A stretch of 64,000 bases of DNA from an uncultured Candidatus Saccharibacteria bacterium (GTDB lineage: Bacteria; Patescibacteriota; WWE3; UBA101185; UBA10185). The DNA lies in the NCBI GenBank assembly GCA_964385105.1, contig CAYLMU010000002.1:122583-186582 (forward strand), in the 5' to 3' direction. The first letter of the stretch is position 1, and every line of letters starts with the position of its first letter. The notes under the pieces are model-generated. The model saw only the letters and a list, made by a program, of their open reading frames with translations, was not told where the DNA came from and did not search any database. Both the position numbers and the translations under genes were made by a program. This document shows positions 9,766-19,515 of the stretch, piece by piece.

Positions 9766-11214
9766 ATGCAAAATCTAATAAATAAATATAAACAATATCA
9801 TCCAGTGCCGGATGAAGAGTTAATAAAAAAGGCCTATGATTTGGCACAACTGGCTTATTCTGATATTAAACGTTTAAACGGCGAAAACTGGCTTAATCAT
9901 GCTCTTGAAGTTGCACATGTTGTAACAGACTTAAAAATGGACACAGAAAGCATTTGTGCCGCCTTACTTCATGACAGTTATCAGTTTGGATTGACACCAA
10001 AAGAAATTGAAGACGAATTAGGTTCTGATGTTAGAGAACTTGTAGACAATATTTATAGTATGAGGTCGATTTCTACAAGAAGAACCCATGAGTTTACTGA
10101 TGAGCAATATGCTGAATATTTAAGACGTGTAATTTTGTCTATGGGAAGAGATTTAAGAGCAGTTGTAATAAGACTTGCAGATAAACTTAGTAACCTTCAC
10201 ACAGCTGATGTTCTTGATGAAAAACTAAAAAAAGAAGTTATAAATAGTGCTTTTACAGTATATGCACCGCTTGCAGATTTAGCAGGTGTTTATGAGCTAA
10301 AATGGCAGATTGAAGATGTGGCGTTTAAACATAAAAGTCCAAATGACTATAAAAAGTATAGACAAGTAATATTTGATCATATATTTGCTAAAGATATTCC
10401 TTTAAAAAAAGTAATAAATAGTTTGTACGATTTGTTATTAGAAAATGGTGTGAATGTTGTTGATATATCAGGAAGACAAAAAGCAACATACTCCTTTTAT
10501 AAAAAGGTGAATAAAAGGGTAAATAAATTGCAGTTATCTGAAGATATGGCTTTAGAGCATATTTACGACAAAGTAGCTTTTAGGGTAATAGTTGAATCGG
10601 TAGAAGATTGCTATGCAGCTTTAGACGTACTTCATCAAAATTACAATTATATCGATGAAGAATTTGATGATTATATAGCAGAACCCAAAACTAACGGGTA
10701 TAGAAGTATTCAAACCACTATAGAGCTTGAACCTTCTTATTTTTCGGAAATTCAGATTAAAACTAAAGAAATGCACGAATATAATGAATTTGGTCCAGCC
10801 AGTCATGTTTTTTATAAATTACATGGTTCGGATACTGCAATATCTACAGAAAAAATTCGCATGCTAAAGCAATTATTGCAATGGAGAGATGATATATTAG
10901 AAGAAAAGTCCCAGGTGTCAGTAAAAGATATTGCTCAGACTATTCTTGTTTTTACGCCAAAAGGAGAAGTTATTGAGTTACCTGTTGGGTCAACTCCTAT
11001 AGACTTTGCTTATGCAATTCACACCGGTATCGGAAATAAGGCCGTTCGAGCACTTGTGGACGGTAAATTACGCGGCTTAGACTACAAACTAAAAAACGGT
11101 GAGGTTGTTAAAATTGTGACCGACCCAAGAAGAACACATCCAAGCATAGACTGGTTGGGATTTGTTAAGACTAAAATCGCAAAAACCTATATTAAGAAAA
11201 ATGCCAAAAGATAA
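9766..11214 (+). CDS. (p)ppGpp synthetase/hydrolase, RelA/SpoT homolog (HD + synthetase + TGS)
   Basis: HD motif HALEVAHVV..LLHD, synthetase region YRSIQTTIEL..EIQIKTKEMHE, C-terminal TGS-like VFTPKGEVIELPVGSTPIDFAYAIH. Confidence 0.8.
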   Translation: MQNLINKYKQYHPVPDEELIKKAYDLAQLAYSDIKRLNGENWLNHALEVAHVVTDLKMDTESICAALLHDSYQFGLTPKEIEDELGSDVRELVDNIYSMRSISTRRTHEFTDEQYAEYLRRVILSMGRDLRAVVIRLADKLSNLHTADVLDEKLKKEVINSAFTVYAPLADLAGVYELKWQIEDVAFKHKSPNDYKKYRQVIFDHIFAKDIPLKKVINSLYDLLLENGVNVVDISGRQKATYSFYKKVNKRVNKLQLSEDMALEHIYDKVAFRVIVESVEDCYAALDVLHQNYNYIDEEFDDYIAEPKTNGYRSIQTTIELEPSYFSEIQIKTKEMHEYNEFGPASHVFYKLHGSDTAISTEKIRMLKQLLQWRDDILEEKSQVSVKDIAQTILVFTPKGEVIELPVGSTPIDFAYAIHTGIGNKAVRALVDGKLRGLDYKLKNGEVVKIVTDPRRTHPSIDWLGFVKTKIAKTYIKKNAKR

Positions 11215-11229
11215 AGCTTTTAACTTAAT

Positions 11230-11904
11230 CTATAATTGAGTAGCTGCTGAACCTTCATAGTAAAAATATTCCACTCTGGCTTCTTGTCTTTTTTGTTGCA
11301 GGTATTTTTCAAATTCTGCTTGTTGTTTTTGACTGCTTAATTGACCTCTTACGTGTTCGCGTACTTCATCTGTTACTTCAGGAAACGAAGCTTCGTTTTG
11401 TTCAATATATTGGTTCAATTCTTCGTCGGTTACTATAAAAGAAGAACCTACAAGACCTTCAAGCATCATTTGCTGTTCAATAAATTGTTCAAGGTTTTCT
11501 CGGGTCATGTTTTGATAAGAAAGAATATCCTGTAGAGTTAGCCCCTGTGTAGCGTATTGAGCTTCTATTTGCTGTATTTCTGCTTGAATTTGTTCATCTG
11601 TTACATTAACATTTCTTCGGGCAGCTTCTTGTTTTATTAATTTTTGAACGATTAAATTTTCAAGTACACTCTCTCCACCCTGTTCTTCAAGTGTTTTTAA
11701 TACTTCAAGGCGTGTAATTTGTTCTCCGTTTACGGTTGCTGCAATAAAGTAGTTTTTATATAAAAAGTAACCTCCAACACCCAATAGCACTAAAAATAAA
11801 ACTAATAGCAATTTTTTTATATTTAATTTTTTTAAGGATTTAAGTTTTGAAACTGTTAACTTACCCGATTTTTCTGTTGATTTTTCGTTGTTATTTTCTT
11901 GCAT
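11230..11904 (-). CDS. membrane-anchored SurA-N-domain-like chaperone / hypothetical
   Basis: N-terminal TM helix then coiled, Q/E-rich domain resembling PpiD/SurA N-domains; no PPIase motif seen. Confidence 0.4.
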   Translation of the reverse strand: MQENNNEKSTEKSGKLTVSKLKSLKKLNIKKLLLVLFLVLLGVGGYFLYKNYFIAATVNGEQITRLEVLKTLEEQGGESVLENLIVQKLIKQEAARRNVNVTDEQIQAEIQQIEAQYATQGLTLQDILSYQNMTRENLEQFIEQQMMLEGLVGSSFIVTDEELNQYIEQNEASFPEVTDEVREHVRGQLSSQKQQAEFEKYLQQKRQEARVEYFYYEGSAATQL

Positions 11905-12467
11905 TAGCTTAGTATATCAGATGAATGGTAATTATATGAAATTAATTGATATCTATTGCCAGTAAAGCAAAAAGTCGGATTTCCAAATATATTTAAGAAT
12001 ATAAAAGTTAATTATATATTGTTACAATAGCACTTAACGATTTTATAAGAAAACGACGTTTTTTACTATTTTGGCATTTTAAGGTGAAAAATTATGTATA
12101 ATACTTTGGTAATGAGATACAAGCCTGTCCTATTCACCTTACTTATACGACTTACAATTTTTGCCTTTTTTAATATTTCTCGTATTGCTAATTCTTCAAT
12201 AGTATTAGCTAGTGAAATCATTGCAGTGACAAGTTTACAAAATTATATAAGGAGATAGTTATGTACAAGAATTCTACTGTTCGGAATTCTCAGATACAGC
12301 AAATCCTAAGACTGCTTTTTCCCGGTTGGGTACTGCAGCCTGCTCCGGTTCGTCGCGATACTCAGCCTGGTAGACGTGCACCTAGGAATCTTTAGAGAAC
12401 TAGCGTTTATTTAATATAATGTAATTCACACTCGTATAGTTTTTGTTGATAAGTAAACCTCTAAATT

Positions 12468-12544
12468 TGGTGGGCTCCACAGGATTCGAACCTGTGACCT
12501 CTTCAATGTCACTGAAGCGCTCTAACCAGCTGAGCTAGGAGCCC
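12468..12544 (-). tRNA. tRNA-Val (anticodon GAC)
   Basis: reverse complement gives GGGCTCCTAGCTCAGCTGGTTAGAGCGCTTCAGTGACATTGAAG...GGTTCGAATCC..GAGCCCACCA: 7-bp acceptor stem, D/T arms, anticodon loop T-GAC-A, encoded CCA. Confidence 0.85.
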
Positions 12545-12621
12545 CTACCGCTATGCAATACTTAAAATAATATAACCTAAGTGCCGGATTTCTCCGGCAC
12601 CCATATTTTAACTTACTTTTC

Positions 12622-13236
12622 TTATTTTTGCTTATTGGATTTATTTATTTTTTGTGGGTCGAGTATGTCATCAATTACGCCGTATTCTTTTGACTCTGTT
12701 GCATCCATCCATTTATCGCGCTCAATATCTTCAAGAACTTTTTCAAGCTTTTGTCCCGATTCTTCAGCAATTATCTGTGCATATTGTTGTTTTAGCTTAA
12801 TCATTTGTCTAGCAGTAATTTCCACGTCGGTGGCTTGTCCTTCAATTCCCCCTAAAGTTTGGTGAATCATAGAATAAGCTCCCGGTAATGAAAATCTTTT
12901 GCCTTTTGTGCCTGCAGATAAAATTAAGGCACCTGCGGAAGCTGCAAGTCCTACGTTTATCGTCGATACCTCGTTTTTAACGTGTTTTATCGTGTCATAC
13001 ATTGCACGACCTGCGTATGCCCCACCCCCCGGTGAGTTAATATAAATGTTTATATCTCTTTCAGGATTTTCGCTTTGCAAAAACAACATTTGCGCAATAA
13101 AAGTATTTGCCACTCCATCATCAATAGGGCCTGTAACAAAAACAATAAAATCCTTTAATAATCTTGAATAAATGTCGTAAGATCGCTCGAAACCTCTAGG
13201 GTCTTTTTCTACGACAACGGGTACTAAAATACTCAT
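12622..13236 (-). CDS. clpP: ATP-dependent Clp protease proteolytic subunit
   Basis: catalytic Ser in TINVGLAASAGALIL and ClpP-typical IYINSPGG. Confidence 0.9.
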   Translation of the reverse strand: MSILVPVVVEKDPRGFERSYDIYSRLLKDFIVFVTGPIDDGVANTFIAQMLFLQSENPERDINIYINSPGGGAYAGRAMYDTIKHVKNEVSTINVGLAASAGALILSAGTKGKRFSLPGAYSMIHQTLGGIEGQATDVEITARQMIKLKQQYAQIIAEESGQKLEKVLEDIERDKWMDATESKEYGVIDDILDPQKINKSNKQK

Positions 13237-13238
13237 AG

Positions 13239-14204
13239 TTAATCCTCCTTTTTAGATTCAACTTTACCACTTTCATCAGCCACATCTTCTTTTTGTTCGT
13301 TGTGGCTGTGCTCACCTTCAATATCTTTTGCGATTTTATTAATTAACTTATTCTTTTCAAGAACACTTTTAATGTACATAATCTGTCTTGGGTCTCTCAT
13401 CGATTCTCTCAATTGCTCATCACCTGACGCATCAATCATTTCGCTTACTTCTTCGTCGGTTACTTCAATTTTTTCTACTTCAATTAAGTGTGACAGTGCC
13501 AATTCAGCTTTCAAATTTCTTTCGGCTACTTGTCCATATTCATATCGCAGTTGTTCTGATGTTTTATTTTGAGCTTTTAAATACTGCTCTAGCGATAATC
13601 CAACAGATTGAGCCTGATCCACTAATCTTGACATCATTCTATCTATTTCATCATCTTTTATAATGTCTGCAATTTCCACATCAGTTACTTTAGTAATCGC
13701 ATTTATTACGTCATCAGCAGTTAAATGCGCATTGTCATGTTCAAGCTTTTCGCCGCGTTTTAATCTTTCTTCATTCTGCTTTCTTAATTCTTTGGTTTTT
13801 TCTTCATGTACTTTTTTAACTTCAGCATTGTAATCCCCTACTTTTATTTCAGGTTTTACAGCTACAGTAGCAATAAACTCAAAATCCTTTTCAAGATCAA
13901 ACTCAGTTATTTCTACATGAGGATTTGATATGGGATGAATATGATTTTCTTTTAGTGCTTGCGGATAGTGTGTTTGGAGCAGGTTATTAATTACCTCCCC
14001 ATAAAGTTTTGAAACATCAACCTTTTCTTTTACCATTTCTGCAGGCGCCTGACCTTTTCTGAATCCCGGCATTTCAGTGTTTTTCACTACTTCGTTAAAA
14101 AGTTTGTCGTATGTTTGTTTAACTTTTTCATTTGGTACCGAAACCTTCAATTCTATTGTTGATTTTGGTAGTATTTTTACTTCTACTTTCATAAGCCAGT
14201 TCAT
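13239..14204 (-). CDS. tig: trigger factor lacking the PPIase (FKBP) domain
   Basis: N-terminal ribosome-binding domain (MKVEVKILPKS...PGFRKGQAP) and helical C-terminal arm; no FKBP segment; upstream of clpP; start may be the internal MKVEV Met at 14192. Confidence 0.7.
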   Translation of the reverse strand: MNWLMKVEVKILPKSTIELKVSVPNEKVKQTYDKLFNEVVKNTEMPGFRKGQAPAEMVKEKVDVSKLYGEVINNLLQTHYPQALKENHIHPISNPHVEITEFDLEKDFEFIATVAVKPEIKVGDYNAEVKKVHEEKTKELRKQNEERLKRGEKLEHDNAHLTADDVINAITKVTDVEIADIIKDDEIDRMMSRLVDQAQSVGLSLEQYLKAQNKTSEQLRYEYGQVAERNLKAELALSHLIEVEKIEVTDEEVSEMIDASGDEQLRESMRDPRQIMYIKSVLEKNKLINKIAKDIEGEHSHNEQKEDVADESGKVESKKED

Positions 14205-14364
14205 TTTAGCATAGGTCGGTTGAGATTGCTAATATTTATTGTATTGCAAATAACCTACGACAGTTGATGGTTATAGGTTATTGTGGTAAGATTCTTGTGT
14301 TAACAATTCACCAGGCGAATCTCTCAAAATTAGTGAATTTTCGCCACATATAGGAGAGTTTATA

Positions 14365-14538
14365 ATGTCTAAAAAGAAATCGAGTTCAGAAAAGAAGGAA
14401 CGTGGTTGGAGCTGGAGGAACAATATTTATGAGCAGATACGCCGACCAAGTTGGTCAGTTGATGAAGCAACCGGTCAAGTGGTAGAAAGAGATAGTTCTC
14501 CGTCAACTCCTACCAAATCCGGTAGTTCTTCCACGTAG
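14365..14538 (+). CDS. small basic hypothetical protein (57 aa)
   Basis: strong RBS (TAGGAGAG) 7 nt upstream of ATG; MSKKKSSSEKKERGWSWRNN...; absent from the ORF track (below its size cutoff). Confidence 0.35.
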   Translation: MSKKKSSSEKKERGWSWRNNIYEQIRRPSWSVDEATGQVVERDSSPSTPTKSGSSST

Positions 14539-14612
14539 ATTCTGATTCTTGCGCCTAGGTTTTTTGTGGTTTAAATAAAGATATCGCAAAAAGCCTAGGT
14601 CAAATTATAATC

Positions 14613-14834
14613 ATGTCAAATAACTTCGACAGATATAAATCAAAAAAAATAAAAAAAATCCTGCACAACATAAACTCACCGCTTACTACAATTAGCGGGT
14701 ACGCCGGCCTACTTCAAAAAAAGCATAATCCTGAATGGGCGGCTATCATAAAAAGTGAAACACAAAGAATTATTGATATGATTAATGAGCTGCAAGGTGA
14801 ATTTGAAGATACCGGTGAAAATGATGAGAAATGA
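14613..14834 (+). CDS. stand-alone HisKA (DHp) domain protein, 73 aa
   Basis: H-box-like LHNINSPLTTISGYAGLL followed by short helix; no ATPase domain. Confidence 0.5.
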   Translation: MSNNFDRYKSKKIKKILHNINSPLTTISGYAGLLQKKHNPEWAAIIKSETQRIIDMINELQGEFEDTGENDEK

Positions 14835-14846
14835 AATGAACCAAAT

Positions 14847-15533
14847 TTACTTCTGATCTTTTAATATATATCCAAAACCTCTAACCGAGTGAATTAATTT
14901 AGGATCATATTCTTCGTCTATTTTTTTACGCAAGTAGCTAATATAGACGTCAACTACTCGTGTTTCAATGTCAAAAGCATTATCCCAGATTTTGTTTAAC
15001 AAAACTTCGCGTGACAAGACTTTTTCTTTATTTAAGAGTAAATAGTTTAATAATTTGTATTCTTGAGGAGTTAAATCTATTTTATTGTTGCTTCTTTTAA
15101 CTTCCATGGTGTTGGTGTTCATCTCAAGATCAGCCGCTTTTAAAAGTTCTGAACCTGCTGCTGTTGACTTAATTCGTGCTTTAATTCTTAAAATAAGCTC
15201 TTCTGCTTCAAAAGGTTTTGTCATGTAGTCATCTGCACCTGATTCAAAAAGTGCTCTTTTAGCTTCAATTTCGGATTTACCTGTTAAAACAATTATAGGA
15301 AGTTCAGAGTACAGGTTTTTTACTTGTTTACAAACTGATTCGCCTTTTATGGTTGGAAGTTCAAGGTCTAAAATTACAATGTCGGGGCTTGTTTTTTCAA
15401 CCACATCAAGCACATCAATACCATCATTAAGAGTTTGTGTTAAAAAACCCTCGGCAGTTAACAGGTCTTTTAGGTATTTTTGAAGCTTAACATCGTCTTC
15501 AACTATTAAGACAAGCTTATTCATGAGCCACAT
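14847..15533 (-). CDS. OmpR-family response regulator (REC + winged-helix)
   Basis: LVLIVEDD...DLELP receiver motifs; C-terminal trans_reg_C-like RVVDVYISYLRKKI. Confidence 0.8.
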   Translation of the reverse strand: MWLMNKLVLIVEDDVKLQKYLKDLLTAEGFLTQTLNDGIDVLDVVEKTSPDIVILDLELPTIKGESVCKQVKNLYSELPIIVLTGKSEIEAKRALFESGADDYMTKPFEAEELILRIKARIKSTAAGSELLKAADLEMNTNTMEVKRSNNKIDLTPQEYKLLNYLLLNKEKVLSREVLLNKIWDNAFDIETRVVDVYISYLRKKIDEEYDPKLIHSVRGFGYILKDQK

Positions 15534-15668
15534 ATTACATTATTTACCTTATTTACACAAATTCTTAGGTGTATCTTATATTATTGGCATTAGTGGTGAT
15601 AAGTATATCTTTTACATCATCCAGCTCAATTGGCCCGAGCCGAATTAATAACATAGAATACCCTTCTT

Positions 15669-15959
15669 TTAATTTTTTTTGGTGGCTGATTCATATTGAT
15701 CAAAAAAGTTAACGGATCTTAAGGCTTTTACTAGACTGTTGTCTTTGTCACGTTGATAACAAATTGCAGGTGCTAAAGGTCCGCTTATATAAACTTTTCC
15801 TGCTTCTTTTGAGCTAAAAGTCTTTGCATTCCTAAATAGTGAATTTTTAGTAATAATTGAAATGTCCGCACCGGTATATCCCCCATCGTATAATTTTTTG
15901 ATGGCTTTTTTTATGTCATCATAAGATTTGTACCATCCATATAGATGTTGCACGTACAT
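15669..15959 (-). CDS. hypothetical protein
   Basis: 96-aa ORF directly downstream of 15959-16414. Confidence 0.4.
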   Translation of the reverse strand: MYVQHLYGWYKSYDDIKKAIKKLYDGGYTGADISIITKNSLFRNAKTFSSKEAGKVYISGPLAPAICYQRDKDNSLVKALRSVNFFDQYESATKKN

Positions 15960-16414
15960 TACACCTCTTCTTGATTAATAAAATATATACTTTTTTGTAT
16001 CTGATCTAGTGTGTCTAAGGATTCATCTGTATTGTTATTTGAAACATTGTTTTCAAGTAAATCAAATTGCGCATTTAGATTATGAAGTTCTGCTTCCCAC
16101 ACAGGATCTTTTGCAGAATCAACTGAAAGATATTCAATATTTTTTCTTATGTTGGAAATCTTTTCGGACGTATCTGATGATATTCCATCTCTTTCAATAT
16201 CATTGTGCAAAGTAGAAATCTCTATATTTATAATGTTCTGTACCGCCACTTTATTTACTCTTTCCTGAACAATAAGCTTGGTGTGCTCAAATTGGTAATT
16301 TGATTTGCTATAAAACCTTTTAATAAATCCTTCAATATCCTCAGATTTAGCTAGTGCATGTTTCTGAAGTACAAATGAAAATATTAGTGTAAATACAATA
16401 AATTTTTTGTACAT
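15959..16414 (-). CDS. hypothetical secreted protein
   Basis: N-terminal signal-peptide-like segment (FIVFTLIFSFVLQKHALA). Confidence 0.45.
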   Translation of the reverse strand: MYKKFIVFTLIFSFVLQKHALAKSEDIEGFIKRFYSKSNYQFEHTKLIVQERVNKVAVQNIINIEISTLHNDIERDGISSDTSEKISNIRKNIEYLSVDSAKDPVWEAELHNLNAQFDLLENNVSNNNTDESLDTLDQIQKSIYFINQEEV

Positions 16415-16492
16415 ATTCCTCCTTTTCCATTGATATTAAGAGTTATATGTTATATGTAATTAATACCTACGTTAAGGGATTGTTAGAGTAGT

Positions 16493-16864
16493 TTAGCTTA
16501 GGTTTTGTTCGACCAAATCAACTAATGCGTCAATATCAAAAGGTTTTTTTAAGTATGAGTTGGCTTTTGCATCCTGATATTTTTTATCAAGATGCATATC
16601 CGCCGACATCAAAATAACGGGAATTTTTTGAAAATCTTCGTCATTTTTAAGATTTCTGCATACATCTATTCCGCTTTCACCTGATAGTAATATATCAAGC
16701 AAAATTAAATCAGGTTTTGTAATACTTAATATTTGCATTAGTTTTTTACTGTTTTCAAAAATTCGTGTTTCATACCCCGCTTCTTTAAGCACAATGTCTA
16801 CTGCATCCAAAATTGGTTTGTCATCATCAACTATCCAGACTTTTTTTGTTTTACTAATTGGCAT
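16493..16864 (-). CDS. single-domain (CheY-like) response regulator
   Basis: VWIVDDD...DLILLDILL receiver motifs; overlaps upstream kinase stop (operon). Confidence 0.75.
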   Translation of the reverse strand: MPISKTKKVWIVDDDKPILDAVDIVLKEAGYETRIFENSKKLMQILSITKPDLILLDILLSGESGIDVCRNLKNDEDFQKIPVILMSADMHLDKKYQDAKANSYLKKPFDIDALVDLVEQNLS

Positions 16865-18566
16865 TGGTTAATGTAAACGAAAACGTGGAGCCTTCCCCTT
16901 GGACGCTTTCAACCCAAATGTCCTCATTATGACGTTTTAAAATTTCATACGATATATATAATCCAATACCAAGCCCTGCATACGTTGATTGATCCTGGCC
17001 TTCTACACGATAAAACTTTTGAAATAACAATTTTTGATGCTCGGGAGATATTCCTATTCCATGGTCAATAACACTGATAATTGTTTTATTGTTGTTTTTT
17101 GATTGTGTGATTTTAACGATAATATCTTTATTAGTTCTAGAATATTTTATTGCATTGTTAACCAAATTATTCAAAACCTGGCCTATTCTGTATTTGTCAC
17201 ACTCGACCATAATATTGGTATTACCTTCTACCCTAATATCATAATCTTCAGAAAGTGTTTTTATGTCAGAAATGGTCTCATCTACAATTTCATAAAGTTT
17301 TATTGGTTGTTTATTAAGTTCCAGTTTTCCTAATTGAATTTTTGATACATCAAGCAAGTCTTCAACCAAATGATTTAGTCTATCTACTTGATTATTTATT
17401 CTTCTTAAGTAATTTTTGGCTTTTAAGTCTTTAGTTTTGCTAAAATGTTTTTCAAGTAATTGTGTAAATGCTTTAACACTCGTTAGTGGGGTTTTTAGTT
17501 CATGGCTTGCTATACTAATAAATTCATCTTTGCGCTTTTCTTCTACTTTATTTTTTGTAATATCAGTCATTACATTTACTGCATATAAAACATTGTTGCT
17601 TGTGTCTCTAATGGGTCTTGCTTTAACAATAGTCCAAAATTCCTGTTTTGTTTTTGTGTCAAAATATCTTAATATTTTTTCTGTTTTTTCAGCGCCTTGA
17701 ATCACTTTTCTCCCCGGTAAGTCAGAAATTGTAACCGGTTTGCCGGATTCATCATATATTTCAAACCTTTTAATTTTAGATGAAAGCTCAATTGTATCTG
17801 CATTTACCATTTCTTGTGCATCCGAAAATCCACATAGACGTGCTGCAACATCGTTTGCAAATACAATTTTTCCTTGGGTATTTTGTACCGTTATGCCATC
17901 AGCGATGCTTTGTAAAATAATTTCAAGTTGTGTGTTTGATCTTTTAAGCTCATCTTCAATTCTTTTTCTTTCATCAATCTCATCTTTTGCTTGTTTATAT
18001 AATTTGGCGTTGCGAATTGCCTGTGCAGCTTTAGTAGCAAATACTTGCGCCAGCTCATAATCTTCGTCAGTGTACTGTACTGGGGCTTCACGTGCAAAGC
18101 TTATGGCACCTATAGATTCATTGTCTACAATAATGGGTAAAATCATCACACTGCCTAAATTTAATTTTAAAATCATTTCGTAATGCTTTTTATCCTTGGC
18201 AGCTGATTTAAGCATCTCATCCTTAATGTCAGGAAAAAATATTCCCTTTTTTGTTTTCATCACTTGATAGGTACCGCCATCCTGGTTCGTATCGGGGTAC
18301 ATTTTTCGAAGTTTATTAAGAAGTTCAATGTTTTGTTTTTCTGAATGCACTAAGGCAATTTCTTCCAAACTTCCACTCTCATCAAGTACATTAATCGCAC
18401 ACCAATCTGCCAAATATGGAACCATCAAATCTGCTATATTTTGCAAAGTATCCTTGTAGTCTAAAGTGGATAATAGCAATTTGCCTGCTTCCATTAAGTA
18501 TTCAGCTGTAGAATGAAAGTCCCTAATGTGAGTATCTTTCACCTTCTTAAGGTTTTTACCCGCCAC
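16854..18566 (-). CDS. GAF/PAS sensor histidine kinase
   Basis: N-terminal GAF-like, central PAS-like, H-box ISIASHELKTPLTSV, C-terminal HATPase (NLVNNAIKYS...GLGIGLYIS). Confidence 0.8.
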   Translation of the reverse strand: MAGKNLKKVKDTHIRDFHSTAEYLMEAGKLLLSTLDYKDTLQNIADLMVPYLADWCAINVLDESGSLEEIALVHSEKQNIELLNKLRKMYPDTNQDGGTYQVMKTKKGIFFPDIKDEMLKSAAKDKKHYEMILKLNLGSVMILPIIVDNESIGAISFAREAPVQYTDEDYELAQVFATKAAQAIRNAKLYKQAKDEIDERKRIEDELKRSNTQLEIILQSIADGITVQNTQGKIVFANDVAARLCGFSDAQEMVNADTIELSSKIKRFEIYDESGKPVTISDLPGRKVIQGAEKTEKILRYFDTKTKQEFWTIVKARPIRDTSNNVLYAVNVMTDITKNKVEEKRKDEFISIASHELKTPLTSVKAFTQLLEKHFSKTKDLKAKNYLRRINNQVDRLNHLVEDLLDVSKIQLGKLELNKQPIKLYEIVDETISDIKTLSEDYDIRVEGNTNIMVECDKYRIGQVLNNLVNNAIKYSRTNKDIIVKITQSKNNNKTIISVIDHGIGISPEHQKLLFQKFYRVEGQDQSTYAGLGIGLYISYEILKRHNEDIWVESVQGEGSTFSFTLTNAN

Positions 18567-18648
18567 GAGGTTATTATAGTACGTATGTGTATTAGAAAAA
18601 AGTTAAGGGTTTGTAAGAAAATTTAAAGTATGAGTTTTGGAACTTTTA

Positions 18649-18733
18649 TGGTGGGCGAGGTGGGAGTCGAACCCACACCCCTTGCGGGACACGGTCCTAA
18701 GCCGTGCGCGTATGCCAGTTCCGCCACTCGCCC
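18649..18733 (-). tRNA. tRNA-Leu (anticodon TAG), long variable arm
   Basis: reverse complement GGGCGAGTGGCGGAACTGGCA...CTTAGGA anticodon loop...GGTTCGACTCCCACCTCGCCCACCA; 85 nt. Confidence 0.8.
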
Positions 18734-18756
18734 AAGGTAATTTGTACCGGCGGAAA

Positions 18757-19389
18757 CTATTTTACCACTAATTTAGGGGAATTTTCTTTGTTATTTATAT
18801 TTTCTATTTCGTTCATAAACTTTGTTACGCCTTTAAGCCAGTTATGAGGATTTGGCGGTGTATAAACTCTTGCCATTTTTTCAGGTGTATCTAGGCCTTT
18901 TGCAGTATAACCATCATGAATACCTTTACCTACTTTTTCAATTCCTTCTTCAAATGAATTAAAATATATGGCATTGTTACCATGTATCCCCCATCCCCAG
19001 CAATTATATGATTTAGGCAGAATTCTTTTACAAAACGTTGATTCCATTCCCGCAATTGCTGGAAGCAGTCGATAATCGAGGTTGTATTTATCGGCTACTT
19101 CAATAAAAACTTTACTTTTTCCTTTTAGTGGGGAATCATACTTTTCAAATAGTGCTTCGAGTGATTCTTCCCTGTTTATTTCTTTGTATTCAATGTAGTG
19201 GTCGGCAATTACTGCCTTTGTCGCCGGAGGGTCTGCTTCTTCGTCGGCGTTTGATTCATCATCTTCGCTTTGAACAAGTTGTAATGGCAGTATTTTAGCT
19301 TCTGCCATATTGTTATGCACAATACCCGATACAAAAGCAAATGTTGCCATACTAATAACAAATATATTATGTTTATTTACGTAATTCAT
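18757..19389 (-). CDS. secreted peptidoglycan hydrolase-like protein (glucosaminidase/GH73-like), paralog 1
   Basis: signal peptide; AGMESTFC resembles GH73 catalytic ESGWG block; conserved NCWGWG and YTPP; paralogous to 19516-20160. Confidence 0.4.
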   Translation of the reverse strand: MNYVNKHNIFVISMATFAFVSGIVHNNMAEAKILPLQLVQSEDDESNADEEADPPATKAVIADHYIEYKEINREESLEALFEKYDSPLKGKSKVFIEVADKYNLDYRLLPAIAGMESTFCKRILPKSYNCWGWGIHGNNAIYFNSFEEGIEKVGKGIHDGYTAKGLDTPEKMARVYTPPNPHNWLKGVTKFMNEIENINNKENSPKLVVK

Positions 19390-19515
19390 AGACTTTTAGC
19401 TTAAAAACAGGCACATAAACCCCACAGCTAAAAGGTTTTGGGGATTTAGAGCTATAATTTAAGCCGAATAATGGTATCACAGTGGTTGGTATATTTCAAA
19501 CCGCTATGTATTTAT

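Noticed and set aside
12260-12420. Possible SRP/6S/RNase P RNA upstream of tRNA-Val
   Set aside because: No consensus elements (SRP GGAA/AGCAG domain IV motif, RNase P P4 sequences) recognisable by eye; retained only as an unexplained region
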